The position numbers and the translations under genes were made by a program. Below, piece by piece: positions 9,246-19,441 of a stretch of DNA of 57,972 nucleotides. The notes under the pieces were generated by a model. That model saw only the letters and a list, made by a program, of their open reading frames with translations, had not been told where the DNA came from and did not search any database. The first letter of the stretch is position 1, and every line of letters starts with the position of its first letter. Origin of the DNA: Candidatus Methylarchaceae archaeon HK01M (GTDB taxonomy: Archaea > Thermoproteota > Nitrososphaeria > Nitrososphaerales > JACAEJ01); NCBI GenBank assembly GCA_024256245.1, contig JAKLZD010000035.1:1-57972 (forward strand). Direction: 5' to 3'.

Positions 9246-9476
9246 TTACTTAGGCGGAGGCGAAATTATAACAACATTATCTCCTCTAACGATTATCATA
9301 CCCAACTTACGAATCTCCTCTTCTTCTCTAATTTCTTCAGAATTTTCTAGAAGCAAATTCATATGTTGATCAAATCCTTGAAGTACCCCTCGAATAACCT
9401 TCCCGCCCCTCAATTTTATCAGTACAATTTTACCAACACTCTCGTCAAGTACTTTAACTGCCATATCTATTGCCAC
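9246..9476 (-). CDS. Sm-like (LSm/SmAP) RNA-binding protein
   Basis: 76 aa with Sm1/Sm2 signatures: VLIKLRGGKVIRGVLQGFDQHMNLLL and IIVRGDNVVIIS. Confidence 0.85.
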   Translation of the reverse strand: MAIDMAVKVLDESVGKIVLIKLRGGKVIRGVLQGFDQHMNLLLENSEEIREEEEIRKLGMIIVRGDNVVIISPPPK

Positions 9477-9572
9477 ATATTATCGCCTACGAATAAACTA
9501 CCTTAACGCCCATTATTTAAGTTAACTCTTTGGAATAAAGACTCATATTCAACCTTTTATTCAATTCAATAT

Positions 9573-10055
9573 ATGAGGATTTATACTCTATCAAAGAGAG
9601 ATACACGGACTATCATTAATGATATAGCTAAGACATGGCCTGTGATTCCAGACTTCGCAAAGTTTACTCAAGTAAAAGTTATTGAAATAGATGTACGTAA
9701 AAATCTCCTTCTACTCCCCAATCTTGGTATTATCAAGCTTGACAATCTATTACTACCCTACTTGAAGAACACTGAGACTCTCAGAAATTTTCCCAGTATA
9801 GTAGTCGATCCAGGTGCAGTACCCCATATCTGTAATGGAGCAGATATAATGCGTCCCGGTGTAATCGAATCAGAAAGTTTCAGGAAGAGCGATATAGTGG
9901 TTGTCCAAGAAAGCAGATATAAGAAGTTTATAGCTGTTGGCATAGCATTTGTTGATAAATCGGATATTGAAAAGATGAGCAAAGGCGTTGTGGTGAAAAA
10001 TAACCATTACATAGGGGATAGGTTCTGGGAAGCCCATAAATCATCGATTATATAA
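9573..10055 (+). CDS. PUA-domain RNA-binding protein (MCT-1/Tma20-like)
   Basis: 160 aa. The C-terminal PUA-like segment reads VDPGAVPHICNGADIMRPGV...VVVQE...FIAVGIA. Confidence 0.6.
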   Translation: MRIYTLSKRDTRTIINDIAKTWPVIPDFAKFTQVKVIEIDVRKNLLLLPNLGIIKLDNLLLPYLKNTETLRNFPSIVVDPGAVPHICNGADIMRPGVIESESFRKSDIVVVQESRYKKFIAVGIAFVDKSDIEKMSKGVVVKNNHYIGDRFWEAHKSSII

Positions 10056-10112
10056 TTATTATTGTAATAATTATATAAATTCACAAAAATCTAAACTAAT
10101 AAATAATACAAT

Positions 10113-10430
10113 GTGTACAAGATATTTAAATTGGTTCAAGGCATTACAGAAAATGATCCTGAAAGAGAGATTGGAGAGCCAATCTATTTGAAAGCTTTCC
10201 CATTAAAATCCTTGGAAGAGATACCTAAAATAAAAAGTAATATAAATAAAAAAATGATACTTATATTGAAGATCACACATCTTGCACAGAAGGATGTAGA
10301 AGAGCTCAAGAGTGCCGTCGAGGAACTTTACGAATTTTCAGTTTCAATTGGAGGTGATATAGCAAGGTTGGGTGAGGAGAGAATAGTGATAACCCCTCCA
10401 GGCGTAAAAATATGGCGAGGTTCGATCTAA
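10113..10430 (+). CDS. sepF: SepF-like cell division protein (DUF552)
   Basis: 105 aa with a GTG start. IYLKAFPLKSLEEIPKIKSNINKKMILILKITHLAQKDVEELKSAVEELYEFSVSIGGDIARLGEERIVITPPGVKI fits the archaeal SepF pattern. Confidence 0.6.
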   Translation: MYKIFKLVQGITENDPEREIGEPIYLKAFPLKSLEEIPKIKSNINKKMILILKITHLAQKDVEELKSAVEELYEFSVSIGGDIARLGEERIVITPPGVKIWRGSI

Positions 10431-10433
10431 AAT

Positions 10434-12353
10434 TTAATATAACTTGATAGCTTCCTGAATAGATGGCTGGATCGCTGAAATCTTAAAGATCTTATTAATC
10501 ATATTCGCTACATTTTCTGTTTTTCTCCTTTCACCATGGTTAACTATCACCCTTTGTAACTTTGGTCTTAATTTGCTTACGAATTTAATAATTTGATTAT
10601 AATCACTATGGCCACTAAAGCCTTCTACCCGTACAGTTTGACAATTAATATCTACTATCTTGATCTTGCCATTATCTCCTATGATGCTTACCTGCTTTGC
10701 TCCGTCTAATATTCTTCTTCCCAAAGTTCCGTGAATCTGATAAGAAACGAATAAGATCTTATTCTTCTCTATAGGTGCAAGCCTCCCAAAATATTCTAAC
10801 ACTGGTCCACCTTCTAGCATACCCGAGGTGGCCATAATTATCGCTGCGCCTTCCTGTAACGCTTCTTCTCTGTTGGTATGTTCTATATTAGTAAAGTATT
10901 CTGTGAAAAAGGGATTTAAATCTGTCTCAAAAATCTTCTTCCTAAGATCACGAGCTAAGTATTCTAAACAAGTTACATGTATCGCTGTAGCCTCCGATAT
11001 CATACCCTCTATGAATACAGGTGCCTCAATAAGCTTCCCCTGCTTCATATATTCATCAATGACTAACATTATCTCTTGTGCCCTTCCAACCGCAGGTACT
11101 GGTATGAGAACTTTCCCTTTTTTTGACAAAGTTTCATTGATTGTGTTAACAAAACTTGATTCTACTTCCCTTCTAGCTGGCATTATGTCTTCCTTGGCAC
11201 CATATGTGCTCTCTATAATCAAAGTCTCGACCCTTGGGTAATCCCTGACAGCGCTCTCCAGTAATCTCGTCCTCCCAAACTTGAAGTCTCCACTGTAAAC
11301 TACATTATGAGCTCCTTCACCTATATGTAGATGTACCATCGATGAGCCCAAAATATGACCTGCATTGTTAAGAACAAGTTTAACATCGGGTGAGATATCT
11401 GTAACCAACCCATAAGGTAATGTGATGCAGTGTCTAATTACTTCACGGACATCCCTTATGTCATATAATCTTTTACTTCCTTCCCTAGAAGCGACCTTTA
11501 CATAATCCATTTGTAATAAGGTCATCAAAGGCAGAGTAGGTTCAGTACAGTAGACTGGTCCATCATACCCATATTTGTAAAGTGTAGGTAGGAAACCACT
11601 ATGATCTAGATGAGCATGACTTATTATGACGCAATCTAGATCATCTAGATATATATTCGCCCAATCAAGGCGTGGGTAGGCATCCCATGGGTTCTTTGCG
11701 CCTGGATTTATACCACAATCAAGAAGTATCTTGCTCTCTTTCGTTTCTATAAGAAGTGCAGACCTGCCTACCTCTCTAAAAGCACCCAATGTTGAAAGGC
11801 TGACCTCGACATCAGAGCTCAATCTTGATCTAAAAATCCTTTCCCCTGTTTCTTTGAAAAACCTTTCACGAGACTCTTGTGCGGTCTTTAAGGCATGATA
11901 AATGCTTTGAAGACTAGATGAAGCTATAGGAGGCGTCCTACGTATCTTGACCTTCCAACCAGTCTTACAAGCTAGATCTATTAAACTCGTCCCACTTCTT
12001 AAGTTCAATGGTCCAGGTTTTTTAACTTCAAGAATCAACTCACCTAAGGTATCATCGAAGAAGATATTGGTAACCTCGCTTTCTTTAGGAAGGATATTCA
12101 TAATCATCTCTTTGGTTTCAGCTTCAGTCTTTCGAATAAATTTATCAGTTCTTATTACAACCCTTTTTTTTATCGTGTTAACTAGATCGGAAATTATTTG
12201 ACTGTTTAAAAACAAAAATTCTGGTCTCTTAGTATAAAGAGCTATCCTTGGCCCTTCATACTCTATTCTAGTTACTTCGGCTTCAGCAGGAATGTTCTGC
12301 AAGATCGTACTCATTACTTCAAGGTTTGGAGTCATATTCTGTTTTTGTGACAA
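10434..12353 (-). CDS. aCPSF1: KH-domain beta-CASP metallo-beta-lactamase ribonuclease
   Basis: 639 aa with N-terminal KH repeats, the MBL motif ISHAHLDHSG, a beta-CASP region and a C-terminal GFSGHSD...VNHGE. Confidence 0.88.
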   Translation of the reverse strand: MSQKQNMTPNLEVMSTILQNIPAEAEVTRIEYEGPRIALYTKRPEFLFLNSQIISDLVNTIKKRVVIRTDKFIRKTEAETKEMIMNILPKESEVTNIFFDDTLGELILEVKKPGPLNLRSGTSLIDLACKTGWKVKIRRTPPIASSSLQSIYHALKTAQESRERFFKETGERIFRSRLSSDVEVSLSTLGAFREVGRSALLIETKESKILLDCGINPGAKNPWDAYPRLDWANIYLDDLDCVIISHAHLDHSGFLPTLYKYGYDGPVYCTEPTLPLMTLLQMDYVKVASREGSKRLYDIRDVREVIRHCITLPYGLVTDISPDVKLVLNNAGHILGSSMVHLHIGEGAHNVVYSGDFKFGRTRLLESAVRDYPRVETLIIESTYGAKEDIMPARREVESSFVNTINETLSKKGKVLIPVPAVGRAQEIMLVIDEYMKQGKLIEAPVFIEGMISEATAIHVTCLEYLARDLRKKIFETDLNPFFTEYFTNIEHTNREEALQEGAAIIMATSGMLEGGPVLEYFGRLAPIEKNKILFVSYQIHGTLGRRILDGAKQVSIIGDNGKIKIVDINCQTVRVEGFSGHSDYNQIIKFVSKLRPKLQRVIVNHGERRKTENVANMINKIFKISAIQPSIQEAIKLY

Positions 12354-12360
12354 AATAGAT

Positions 12361-13005
12361 TCAACCGAAAACTTTTACAAGAACCTCCTTCTTTTCCTTT
12401 TCAGAAAATTCTTTATAACCATCTTTATTAACTATCACTACATCGAAATTGTCTCCACTCATAGCATCTCTCCTCATAGCTGAAGTTACCGCCTTGACTG
12501 CTATCCCCATCCCTTCATCAATTGTAATATCATTACGGTATTCACTTTCCAGTATACCATAAGCTATAGGAGAGCCACTCCCCGTTGAGACGTAATTTTC
12601 TTCTGTAAGAGAGCCAAAGAGGTTTACATTGAAGATACTCGCGCCTATGTTATCATAACCTCCAATTAACACGTTTGTTATATATGGAAATAATCTGGCT
12701 AAGAAGAAAACATTGGAAGCCAACCTGGCAGTTGCCTTGACAGGGATAGGCGCCTTTCTTTCTAACTTATATATATTTGCATAATATCTGAGGGTATCCA
12801 CAACATTTTGAGCATCTGCAACTGTTCCGGCAACGGTCATCCCTAAATGATCATCGATCTTGTAAATCTTCTTCCCTTTTCTATGGGCTACAAACATTGC
12901 CATGGTAACCCTTGTATCAGTCGAAAATACAACCCCATCCACACAAACCAATCCTACAGTTGTAGTCCCATGGTGTACTAGTGAATCAGTAAGTCTAGAA
13001 TCCAA
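12361..13005 (-). CDS. psmB: Proteasome beta subunit (catalytic type)
   Basis: 214 aa. The propeptide ends HHG|TTTVGL, giving the canonical G/T processing site, with Asp17 (STDTR) and Lys33 in context. Confidence 0.88.
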   Translation of the reverse strand: MDSRLTDSLVHHGTTTVGLVCVDGVVFSTDTRVTMAMFVAHRKGKKIYKIDDHLGMTVAGTVADAQNVVDTLRYYANIYKLERKAPIPVKATARLASNVFFLARLFPYITNVLIGGYDNIGASIFNVNLFGSLTEENYVSTGSGSPIAYGILESEYRNDITIDEGMGIAVKAVTSAMRRDAMSGDNFDVVIVNKDGYKEFSEKEKKEVLVKVFG

Positions 13006-13084
13006 TATAAACCACCTTTATCTGATCGTAGAAGTGCTACATAAATAATAAAAGGTTCCATTAAATAAGTTTTCCTACACAATC

Positions 13085-14140
13085 TTGAACCCCATCTTGA
13101 GACACCATTTAATGGAATTGCCTAGGAAAATTTTAGTTGGATACGACGTGATACAAGAATTAGGAGACTTCATACATGATCTGGGCTTTGGGCATAAAGT
13201 TCTCATAGTCTCAGGAGCCCACGTAAAAAGAATGATCGGAGAGAATATAGATGAATTACTTTCATCAACCGAAGTATCTTGGTGTTTGGTTGATTCTGCT
13301 ACAATGGAGCAAGTAAAACGAGTGATAGATATAGCTCAAAACCAAAATGTTCATGTTCTGATAGGTCTCGGTGGCGGTAAATCGGTGGATGTAGCAAAGC
13401 TTAGTGCTTACAAAATAAATTTACCTTTTATCAGTGTCCCGACGAGCGCTTCACATGATGGAATGTCTAGCCCCTTCGCATCTATAAAAGGGCTCGATGC
13501 ACCCTATTCTTTGGTTGCTAAACCTCCTGTTGGAATTCTGGCCGATATAACTCTAATAGCCAATGCCCCAAAAAGACTTCTTGCAAGTGGTTGTGGCGAT
13601 CTGATAGCTAAAATAACGGCTGTGAAGGACTGGGAGCTTGCTAAAGAGGAGATGGGGGAGTACTTCGGGAAGTATGCCGCAAACTTGGCTCGCTTAAGCG
13701 CCAATCTGATCATCGAAGAATCTAAAAAGATAGGTGAGGGGAGTAGAGATAGTGTAAGGGATGTTGTCGAAGCCTTGATAAGCGCAGGGGTTGCAGCCTG
13801 TATAGCTGGGAGTAGCCGCCCCTGTAGCGGATCTGAGCATCTTTTCAGTCATGCACTAGATATCCTGGCTCCGGGAGTTGGCCTTCACGGTGAAAAGTGT
13901 GGGATGGGAACCATAATCATGGCAAAGCTCTACGATTTAGGATGGGAGGAAATCGCCGCTTCTTTGAAGGACGTTTACGCCCCAACAAATGCTTACGAAT
14001 TAGGCATAGATCCTAATGCAATCGTTGATGCTATTCTGTTTGCGCCTCGTATCAGACCAATGAGGTATACCATTCTTCACAAGTTGAAATTGGATCGTGA
14101 ATCAGCAATCAAACAAGCAACTTCTGTTGGAGTTATCTGA
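13085..14140 (+). CDS. egsA: sn-Glycerol-1-phosphate dehydrogenase
   Basis: 351 aa iron-alcohol-dehydrogenase fold with GLGGGKSVDVAK and SGSEHLFSHALD, and the typical archaeal G1PDH length. Confidence 0.8.
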   Translation: MNPILRHHLMELPRKILVGYDVIQELGDFIHDLGFGHKVLIVSGAHVKRMIGENIDELLSSTEVSWCLVDSATMEQVKRVIDIAQNQNVHVLIGLGGGKSVDVAKLSAYKINLPFISVPTSASHDGMSSPFASIKGLDAPYSLVAKPPVGILADITLIANAPKRLLASGCGDLIAKITAVKDWELAKEEMGEYFGKYAANLARLSANLIIEESKKIGEGSRDSVRDVVEALISAGVAACIAGSSRPCSGSEHLFSHALDILAPGVGLHGEKCGMGTIIMAKLYDLGWEEIAASLKDVYAPTNAYELGIDPNAIVDAILFAPRIRPMRYTILHKLKLDRESAIKQATSVGVI

Positions 14141-14164
14141 TCTAAAAAATGCCGAATTAAATCA

Positions 14165-14899
14165 TCATTCTTCTTGGGTAGTCTTTTCTTCTTCTGGCTC
14201 GGTCTGTTCAAAGGGTTTTTTTGATTCATAGAGCTCAATGAAATATACTTTACTTATAACCTTGATGAACTTAAAGAGATCGTTTGAGATAGCTCTCTTG
14301 ATTATCTGGATGCCCTCCACAAGGTATAGATCTCTGGGTAGCTGAATTTTTATATTATCGTCTTCTATGGTGAAATCAATCTTCTCTTCTTCTATAAATA
14401 TTCTACGTTTTATCAATGCAACAATCTTTTCTCTGTCTGTCTCAAGCTTCTTTACCACTTCTACCTCATAGAGCAAGGTCTTTCCAGCAAGCCTATGGTT
14501 GAAGTCGATCTGAGCCCTCCCTGACCCAACGAATCTTACGATGCCTATCTTATTATCAATCTCAATTTCGTCCCCAATACGGAGTTCTGAAGCCTTTTTC
14601 CCGAACTTCCTTAATGCGATCATATTTACTTTGCTAGGGTCTCTCTGACCAAAACCCTTCTCAGGAGCTACCTCTACGCTTATCTTTTCCCCAACATCTG
14701 CTGTCATTAATGCCTCATCTAAACCCTTGAGGACCCATCCTTCGCCTATGGCAACCAGCCTTGGCTCATACCTTTGGGCTGGGTCATGCACTCCAAGTTT
14801 TTTTGCCTCATCCTCAACAGTTACTTCTATCACCTTTTCAACATCCTTTATCTTGGCCGTATAATTGATGTATACTAACGTACCTGCATCTAATGGCAT
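14165..14899 (-). CDS. Long-type FKBP peptidyl-prolyl cis-trans isomerase
   Basis: 244 aa with an FKBP core containing the insert-in-flap (GEGWVLKGLDEAL...GFGQRDP...HRLAGKTLLYEVEVV) and a C-terminal domain. Confidence 0.75.
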   Translation of the reverse strand: MPLDAGTLVYINYTAKIKDVEKVIEVTVEDEAKKLGVHDPAQRYEPRLVAIGEGWVLKGLDEALMTADVGEKISVEVAPEKGFGQRDPSKVNMIALRKFGKKASELRIGDEIEIDNKIGIVRFVGSGRAQIDFNHRLAGKTLLYEVEVVKKLETDREKIVALIKRRIFIEEEKIDFTIEDDNIKIQLPRDLYLVEGIQIIKRAISNDLFKFIKVISKVYFIELYESKKPFEQTEPEEEKTTQEE

Positions 14900-15117
14900 A
14901 ACGATGACCTAGAGAGGCTAAAAAAGGGAAGGATAAAAATACTTTTGTCTTGAATTAAGGGCAAAAGCTCTCCATTCCTTATACCAATAGATTGATGTTC
15001 GAAACCTCGTCACCAAACTTGACTATGGTAAGTGCGTCTTTCTTTTCTTTGGTCTTATGCTATGATAAATTCTATACTCCAAGAAATCCTTTTGTGTTCT
15101 AAATGGAAATATGAAAA

Positions 15118-16287
15118 TTATATTGTCTCTTTTTCGAAAACCTCTTTTGCCGCCGATATACTACCATCAAACTTCGATTCATAACCAAGATCTCTAAATG
15201 TCATATTAAGGGCACCTATCGTTTGCATGACCTCGGCTCGACTTATCTTGCCCATTGTACCTATTCTGAATATACTGCCTTTGAGCTTACCCTGACCTCC
15301 AGCAATGACCACCTTATACTTTCTTCTTAATATCTCTCTGAGTGATACATCACTAACCTTGGGAGGGTTGTTTATCGCTATCACAGTATTGGATCTGAAC
15401 TCCTCTTCGGTGAAAGGTACGAGCTCCATCTCCTCTACAGCTCTGTAAAACGCTTTAGCACAAACTTTATGCCTAAAGAACACATTTTCGAGTCCCTCTT
15501 CTCTTATCATCTTCAATGCTTCATCAAGAGCATAGTAAAGTGGTATGGCTGGAGTAAAAGGGGTCTGCCCCTCTTCTTTGTACTTGCGGTAAGATTTCAG
15601 GTTGAAGTAAAAAATATTTTCGGCTTTTTCTATGGTTGACCATGCCTTATCACTGATGGAAAGTATAGCCAGCCCGGGCGGACTCATAAGGCATTTCTGA
15701 CTACCAGCAATACAGATATCAACATGCCAATCATCGACAGGCAGACTATCCCCTCCAAGGATTGATATCGCATCTACAATAAATAACAGATCATGCTCAT
15801 TACAAAATTCTCCAATCTCTCTCATACATTTTATCGTAGAGCCTGTCGATGTCTCATTGTATATGACGGCAACTGCCTTTGCATCTTTCTCTTTCTTTAT
15901 AACATTCTCTATCATGTCCATCGTAACCGCCCTCTTCCAATCAACAGGAATTTCTATGGGCTCTCCCCCCATTACAGCAATCGTTTCCCTCAATCTCTGA
16001 CCGAAGATGCCACCAACTGGTACGATTATCTTCCTTGCACCTTGGATTACGTTGGTCACGGCACATTCTACACCCCCAGTCCCCGAAGAGGTAAGGACAA
16101 CTACGTCACCTTTAGTTTGAAAGACATACTTCGCATTCCCTAAAATACCCTCATACAGCTCTCGAAACTCAGGACCTCTATGGTTGATCATGGGCTTGAT
16201 CATCGCTCTCATAACCTTAGGGGGGACGTTGGTCGGACCAGGAAGCATTATGAGCTGTCTAGACTCCTCCAATTCAGCCATCCTCAA
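15118..16287 (-). CDS. Class V PLP aminotransferase (serine/alanine-glyoxylate or archaeal phosphoserine aminotransferase type)
   Basis: 389 aa. LMLPGPTNVP at the N-terminus, TSTG, DAISILGG and GSQKCL (the PLP lysine) are all present. Confidence 0.75.
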   Translation of the reverse strand: MRMAELEESRQLIMLPGPTNVPPKVMRAMIKPMINHRGPEFRELYEGILGNAKYVFQTKGDVVVLTSSGTGGVECAVTNVIQGARKIIVPVGGIFGQRLRETIAVMGGEPIEIPVDWKRAVTMDMIENVIKKEKDAKAVAVIYNETSTGSTIKCMREIGEFCNEHDLLFIVDAISILGGDSLPVDDWHVDICIAGSQKCLMSPPGLAILSISDKAWSTIEKAENIFYFNLKSYRKYKEEGQTPFTPAIPLYYALDEALKMIREEGLENVFFRHKVCAKAFYRAVEEMELVPFTEEEFRSNTVIAINNPPKVSDVSLREILRRKYKVVIAGGQGKLKGSIFRIGTMGKISRAEVMQTIGALNMTFRDLGYESKFDGSISAAKEVFEKETI

Positions 16288-16374
16288 ACTTGATGAGAGA
16301 GAATACCATGTTTATTTAAGTTTTGATGATCGTAAAGAATTATACTATCTATGATTTGATGTGATGGGGGAGAA

Positions 16375-16902
16375 TTGATCAAGCGAGGTCTCTTCATTGG
16401 GCGTTTTCAGCCATTCCATAAAGGCCATCTAAGAGCAGTAAAGAATCTGTTAGATAAGGTTGAAGAACTTATAATCTTAGTTGGGAGCTCTCAGTGCAGT
16501 CATACTTTGGACAACCCTTTCACTGCTGGAGAGAGAATTATGATGATCCGACTTGCCCTCAATGAGTCAAACATAGAACCTCATCATTACATAATTTTGC
16601 CCGTACCAGATGTTGAGATGCACTCGACTTGGGTGTCTCATGTTATATCATATTCTCCAAAGTTCGAGATAACCTTTTCAAACGAGCCTTTGACACGCCA
16701 CCTTTTTACAGAAGCAGGGTTTAAAGTCGAGTCTATACCCTTCTATAAAAGGGAGACATTATCGGCAACGGAGATCAGGAAGAGGATGTTATCGCGCGGA
16801 GATTGGGAAGAACTGGTACCCAGAAGTGTGGCCCAATTTATAAAACAGATAGGCGGGGTTGAGAGGATAATCAATATATCAAAAAATGATAATCCATATT
16901 GA
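16375..16902 (+). CDS. nadM: Nicotinamide-nucleotide adenylyltransferase (archaeal NMNAT)
   Basis: 175 aa with GRFQPFHKGH (the HxGH-type nucleotidyltransferase motif) and SATEIRKRM. Confidence 0.8.
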   Translation: MIKRGLFIGRFQPFHKGHLRAVKNLLDKVEELIILVGSSQCSHTLDNPFTAGERIMMIRLALNESNIEPHHYIILPVPDVEMHSTWVSHVISYSPKFEITFSNEPLTRHLFTEAGFKVESIPFYKRETLSATEIRKRMLSRGDWEELVPRSVAQFIKQIGGVERIINISKNDNPY

Positions 16903-16950
16903 TTGATATCACAACAAAGCTATTAATCTATCAAGAAATCTGTTAATCAT

Positions 16951-17550
16951 ATGAAAGTTATTGGGATAGACCTTGCTGGAGTTGAAAAAAGAGATAGCGG
17001 CGTCTGCATCCTTGATGGAAAATTAAAGGCCAAAGCCTTCACTTTAAGAAGTGATAATGAGATAATAGAAAGCATAATCAAAATAAAGCCAGATGTCATA
17101 GCGATCGATGCGCCTTTGAGTCTTCCTTTTGGTAGATGTTGCCTAAAAGATACCTGTCGATGTAGAACTAAAGGTCATCTTAGGCAATGTGATAAAGATC
17201 TTATAAAGATGAAGATAAAGTTCTTCCCGCTTACATTAGGTCCTATGAGGGGATTGACTGAGAGGGGCATGAAACTTAAGAAAATGCTCGAAGATAGAGA
17301 CTTAAAAGTTATAGAGGTCTATCCTGGAGGTGCTCAAGACATCCTTAATATTCCAAGAAAGCAGAAGGGGATCTCTGAGTTGAGGAAAAGCCTCTTAACC
17401 ATCGGTATAAAAGGAATATTGAAGGTTACAAGCGACCATGAGTTGGATGCAACCACATCAGCCCTTGTAGGGAAGATGTACCTTGAAGGTGATTATCTAG
17501 CTTTAGGAGATCCTGAAGAGGGGTTAATAATAATGCCGCGGAAGAGTTGA
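16951..17550 (+). CDS. DUF429-like predicted RNase-H-fold protein
   Basis: 199 aa with MKVIGIDLAG...AIDAPLSLP...HELDATTSAL. Confidence 0.45.
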   Translation: MKVIGIDLAGVEKRDSGVCILDGKLKAKAFTLRSDNEIIESIIKIKPDVIAIDAPLSLPFGRCCLKDTCRCRTKGHLRQCDKDLIKMKIKFFPLTLGPMRGLTERGMKLKKMLEDRDLKVIEVYPGGAQDILNIPRKQKGISELRKSLLTIGIKGILKVTSDHELDATTSALVGKMYLEGDYLALGDPEEGLIIMPRKS

Positions 17551-17736
17551 GTTTTGAGCACAATCCGCCCAGAAATAACGAGATAAATGGAAAATGTTAC
17601 AAATAAGACCTATGGCATAATTACTTCTGGTTTTGTGTCATTTTTAATATGAAATATTTTCTGTAAAGATATAGGAACTATCAATAAACCTTAAAGGATG
17701 AACTTTACCTTTTTACATGCTAATCTTTGAGGTGGT

Positions 17737-18786
17737 ATTATACCTTCAAATGCAAAGATAGTTCTAGACGGTAGCTTCGGAGAAGGAGGGGGGCAGATAC
17801 TAAGGACTAGCATAGCTCTATCTGCAGTGATGGGAATACCTGTTGAGATAGTGAACATAAGAGCAAAGAGGGTGAACCCAGGCCTAAGGCCTCAGCATAT
17901 AGGCGCAATAAAAGCTATCGCCTCTCTATGTAACGCCACTTTTGATAATTTAGAGATCGGCGCTGATAAGATACGCTTCAATCCTGGTAAAATGCAGCCC
18001 GCTTCTATAAAGCTTGATATCGGCTCTGCTGGTAGCATTACATTGTTGCTTCAAGCTTTGATCCCTTCAGTCAGTCTTAGTAAGATAGGTGCAGAATTGG
18101 AGATAATTGGCGGGACGGATGTTAGATGGAGCCCTACTATGAACTACTTAACACAAGTCATATTGCCTGCATATAGGCTCTTGGGAATAGATGCCCAACT
18201 TCAAGTTAAGAGAAGGGGCTACTACCCGGTAGGTGGCGGGATAGTGAATGTGAAGATAAGACCGTCAAAGGAGTTGAGACCCTTGAACCTTGTTTCTTCA
18301 AAGAATCCATTACCTTCCATCATAAGCATCTGCTCCAAATTACCTAAAAGTATAGCTGAAAGGCAGATGAAAGCTACCAGGAATTACCTCTTCGATCAAG
18401 GAATAAAGCCAAGAATCTTCGAAACTAGAGTAGAAGACTCTATATCCCCAGGATCATCAGTTCTTATTTATTCTATTGATGAAAAAGGCCCCTTTATAGG
18501 CGCGGATGCTATAGGTGAAAAGGGAAAACCCTCAGAGGAAGTTGGAAGAGAAGCGGCTCAGCTCTTCTCAGAAGAATATGTCTCTAATGCACCCATAGAC
18601 AGACATCTAGGGGATATGCTAGTGCCATTCCTGCCATTTGCTAAAGGTGAATCGAAGTTTAAGGTCTCAAGAGTTACTCAGCATCTTATTACAAATCTAT
18701 ACGTAGCAAGCATCTTCACTAAATGCCAGTATAACATTGATAAGATGCCAGATGGTACAGCTATAGTAAACGTTAATAGCATTTAA
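17737..18786 (+). CDS. rtcA: RNA 3'-terminal phosphate cyclase; start codon unresolved
   Basis: The frame is open from 17731. The conserved N-terminal motif LDGSFGEGGGQILRTSIALS is encoded at about 17764-17823, upstream of the first ATG/GTG/TTG in frame (GTG at 17827). The remaining 319 aa are RtcA-like. Confidence 0.75.
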   Translation: MIPSNAKIVLDGSFGEGGGQILRTSIALSAVMGIPVEIVNIRAKRVNPGLRPQHIGAIKAIASLCNATFDNLEIGADKIRFNPGKMQPASIKLDIGSAGSITLLLQALIPSVSLSKIGAELEIIGGTDVRWSPTMNYLTQVILPAYRLLGIDAQLQVKRRGYYPVGGGIVNVKIRPSKELRPLNLVSSKNPLPSIISICSKLPKSIAERQMKATRNYLFDQGIKPRIFETRVEDSISPGSSVLIYSIDEKGPFIGADAIGEKGKPSEEVGREAAQLFSEEYVSNAPIDRHLGDMLVPFLPFAKGESKFKVSRVTQHLITNLYVASIFTKCQYNIDKMPDGTAIVNVNSI

Positions 18787-18835
18787 AACTTATAAGTACA
18801 ATAAACATGAATCGAATCATAAAAAGTGATGTGTT

Positions 18836-19435
18836 TTGATACCCTCACAATTTATACCGGGTGCCACAGCTGTAGGAATGACCTTCAAGGATGGCATAAT
18901 CCTAGGAGCGGAGAAGAGAATCTCTTACGGTACTTACGTAGTAAGCAGAGCAGGTAAAAAGGTCTTTAAGATAAGTGATATGGTAGGGGCTGCTTGTGCA
19001 GGAATGGTAGTAGATATGCAGGTTTTAATAAGGGAAATCTCCGCCCTTGTAAAGATAAGGGAGCTAGAACTAAGGAGGTCCATCCCTTCAAATTCCGTAG
19101 CCAAGCTGATGTCTGCCCTTCTTTTTAGTAGAAGGTATTTTCCCTTGATTACCCAAGTGATAGTAGGTGGGGTCGATGAGAAACCATCCATTTTCGTGCT
19201 CGATCCCTTGGGTTCAGTAATCCCTGATGAATATTCATGTGTAGGTTCGGGTGCAGAAATCGCTATCGGAGTCATCGAGGCTAACTATTCACGTGATATG
19301 AGCGAAGAATCGGCAAAAGAACTTGTAGTAAAGTCTATAAAATCTGCGATACAGAGGGATTCAGCTAGCGGAGATGGTGCAGACCTTTTGGTAATAACAA
19401 AGGCTGGCTCAAAGGAAGAATCTATTAAATTTTAA
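18836..19435 (+). CDS. psmB: Proteasome beta subunit paralog, probably non-catalytic (Thr1 replaced by Ala)
   Basis: 199 aa Ntn-hydrolase fold. Its processing region reads IPG-ATAVGM, against G-TTTVGL in the other copy. Confidence 0.8.
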   Translation: MIPSQFIPGATAVGMTFKDGIILGAEKRISYGTYVVSRAGKKVFKISDMVGAACAGMVVDMQVLIREISALVKIRELELRRSIPSNSVAKLMSALLFSRRYFPLITQVIVGGVDEKPSIFVLDPLGSVIPDEYSCVGSGAEIAIGVIEANYSRDMSEESAKELVVKSIKSAIQRDSASGDGADLLVITKAGSKEESIKF

Positions 19436-19441
19436 ATTAAC

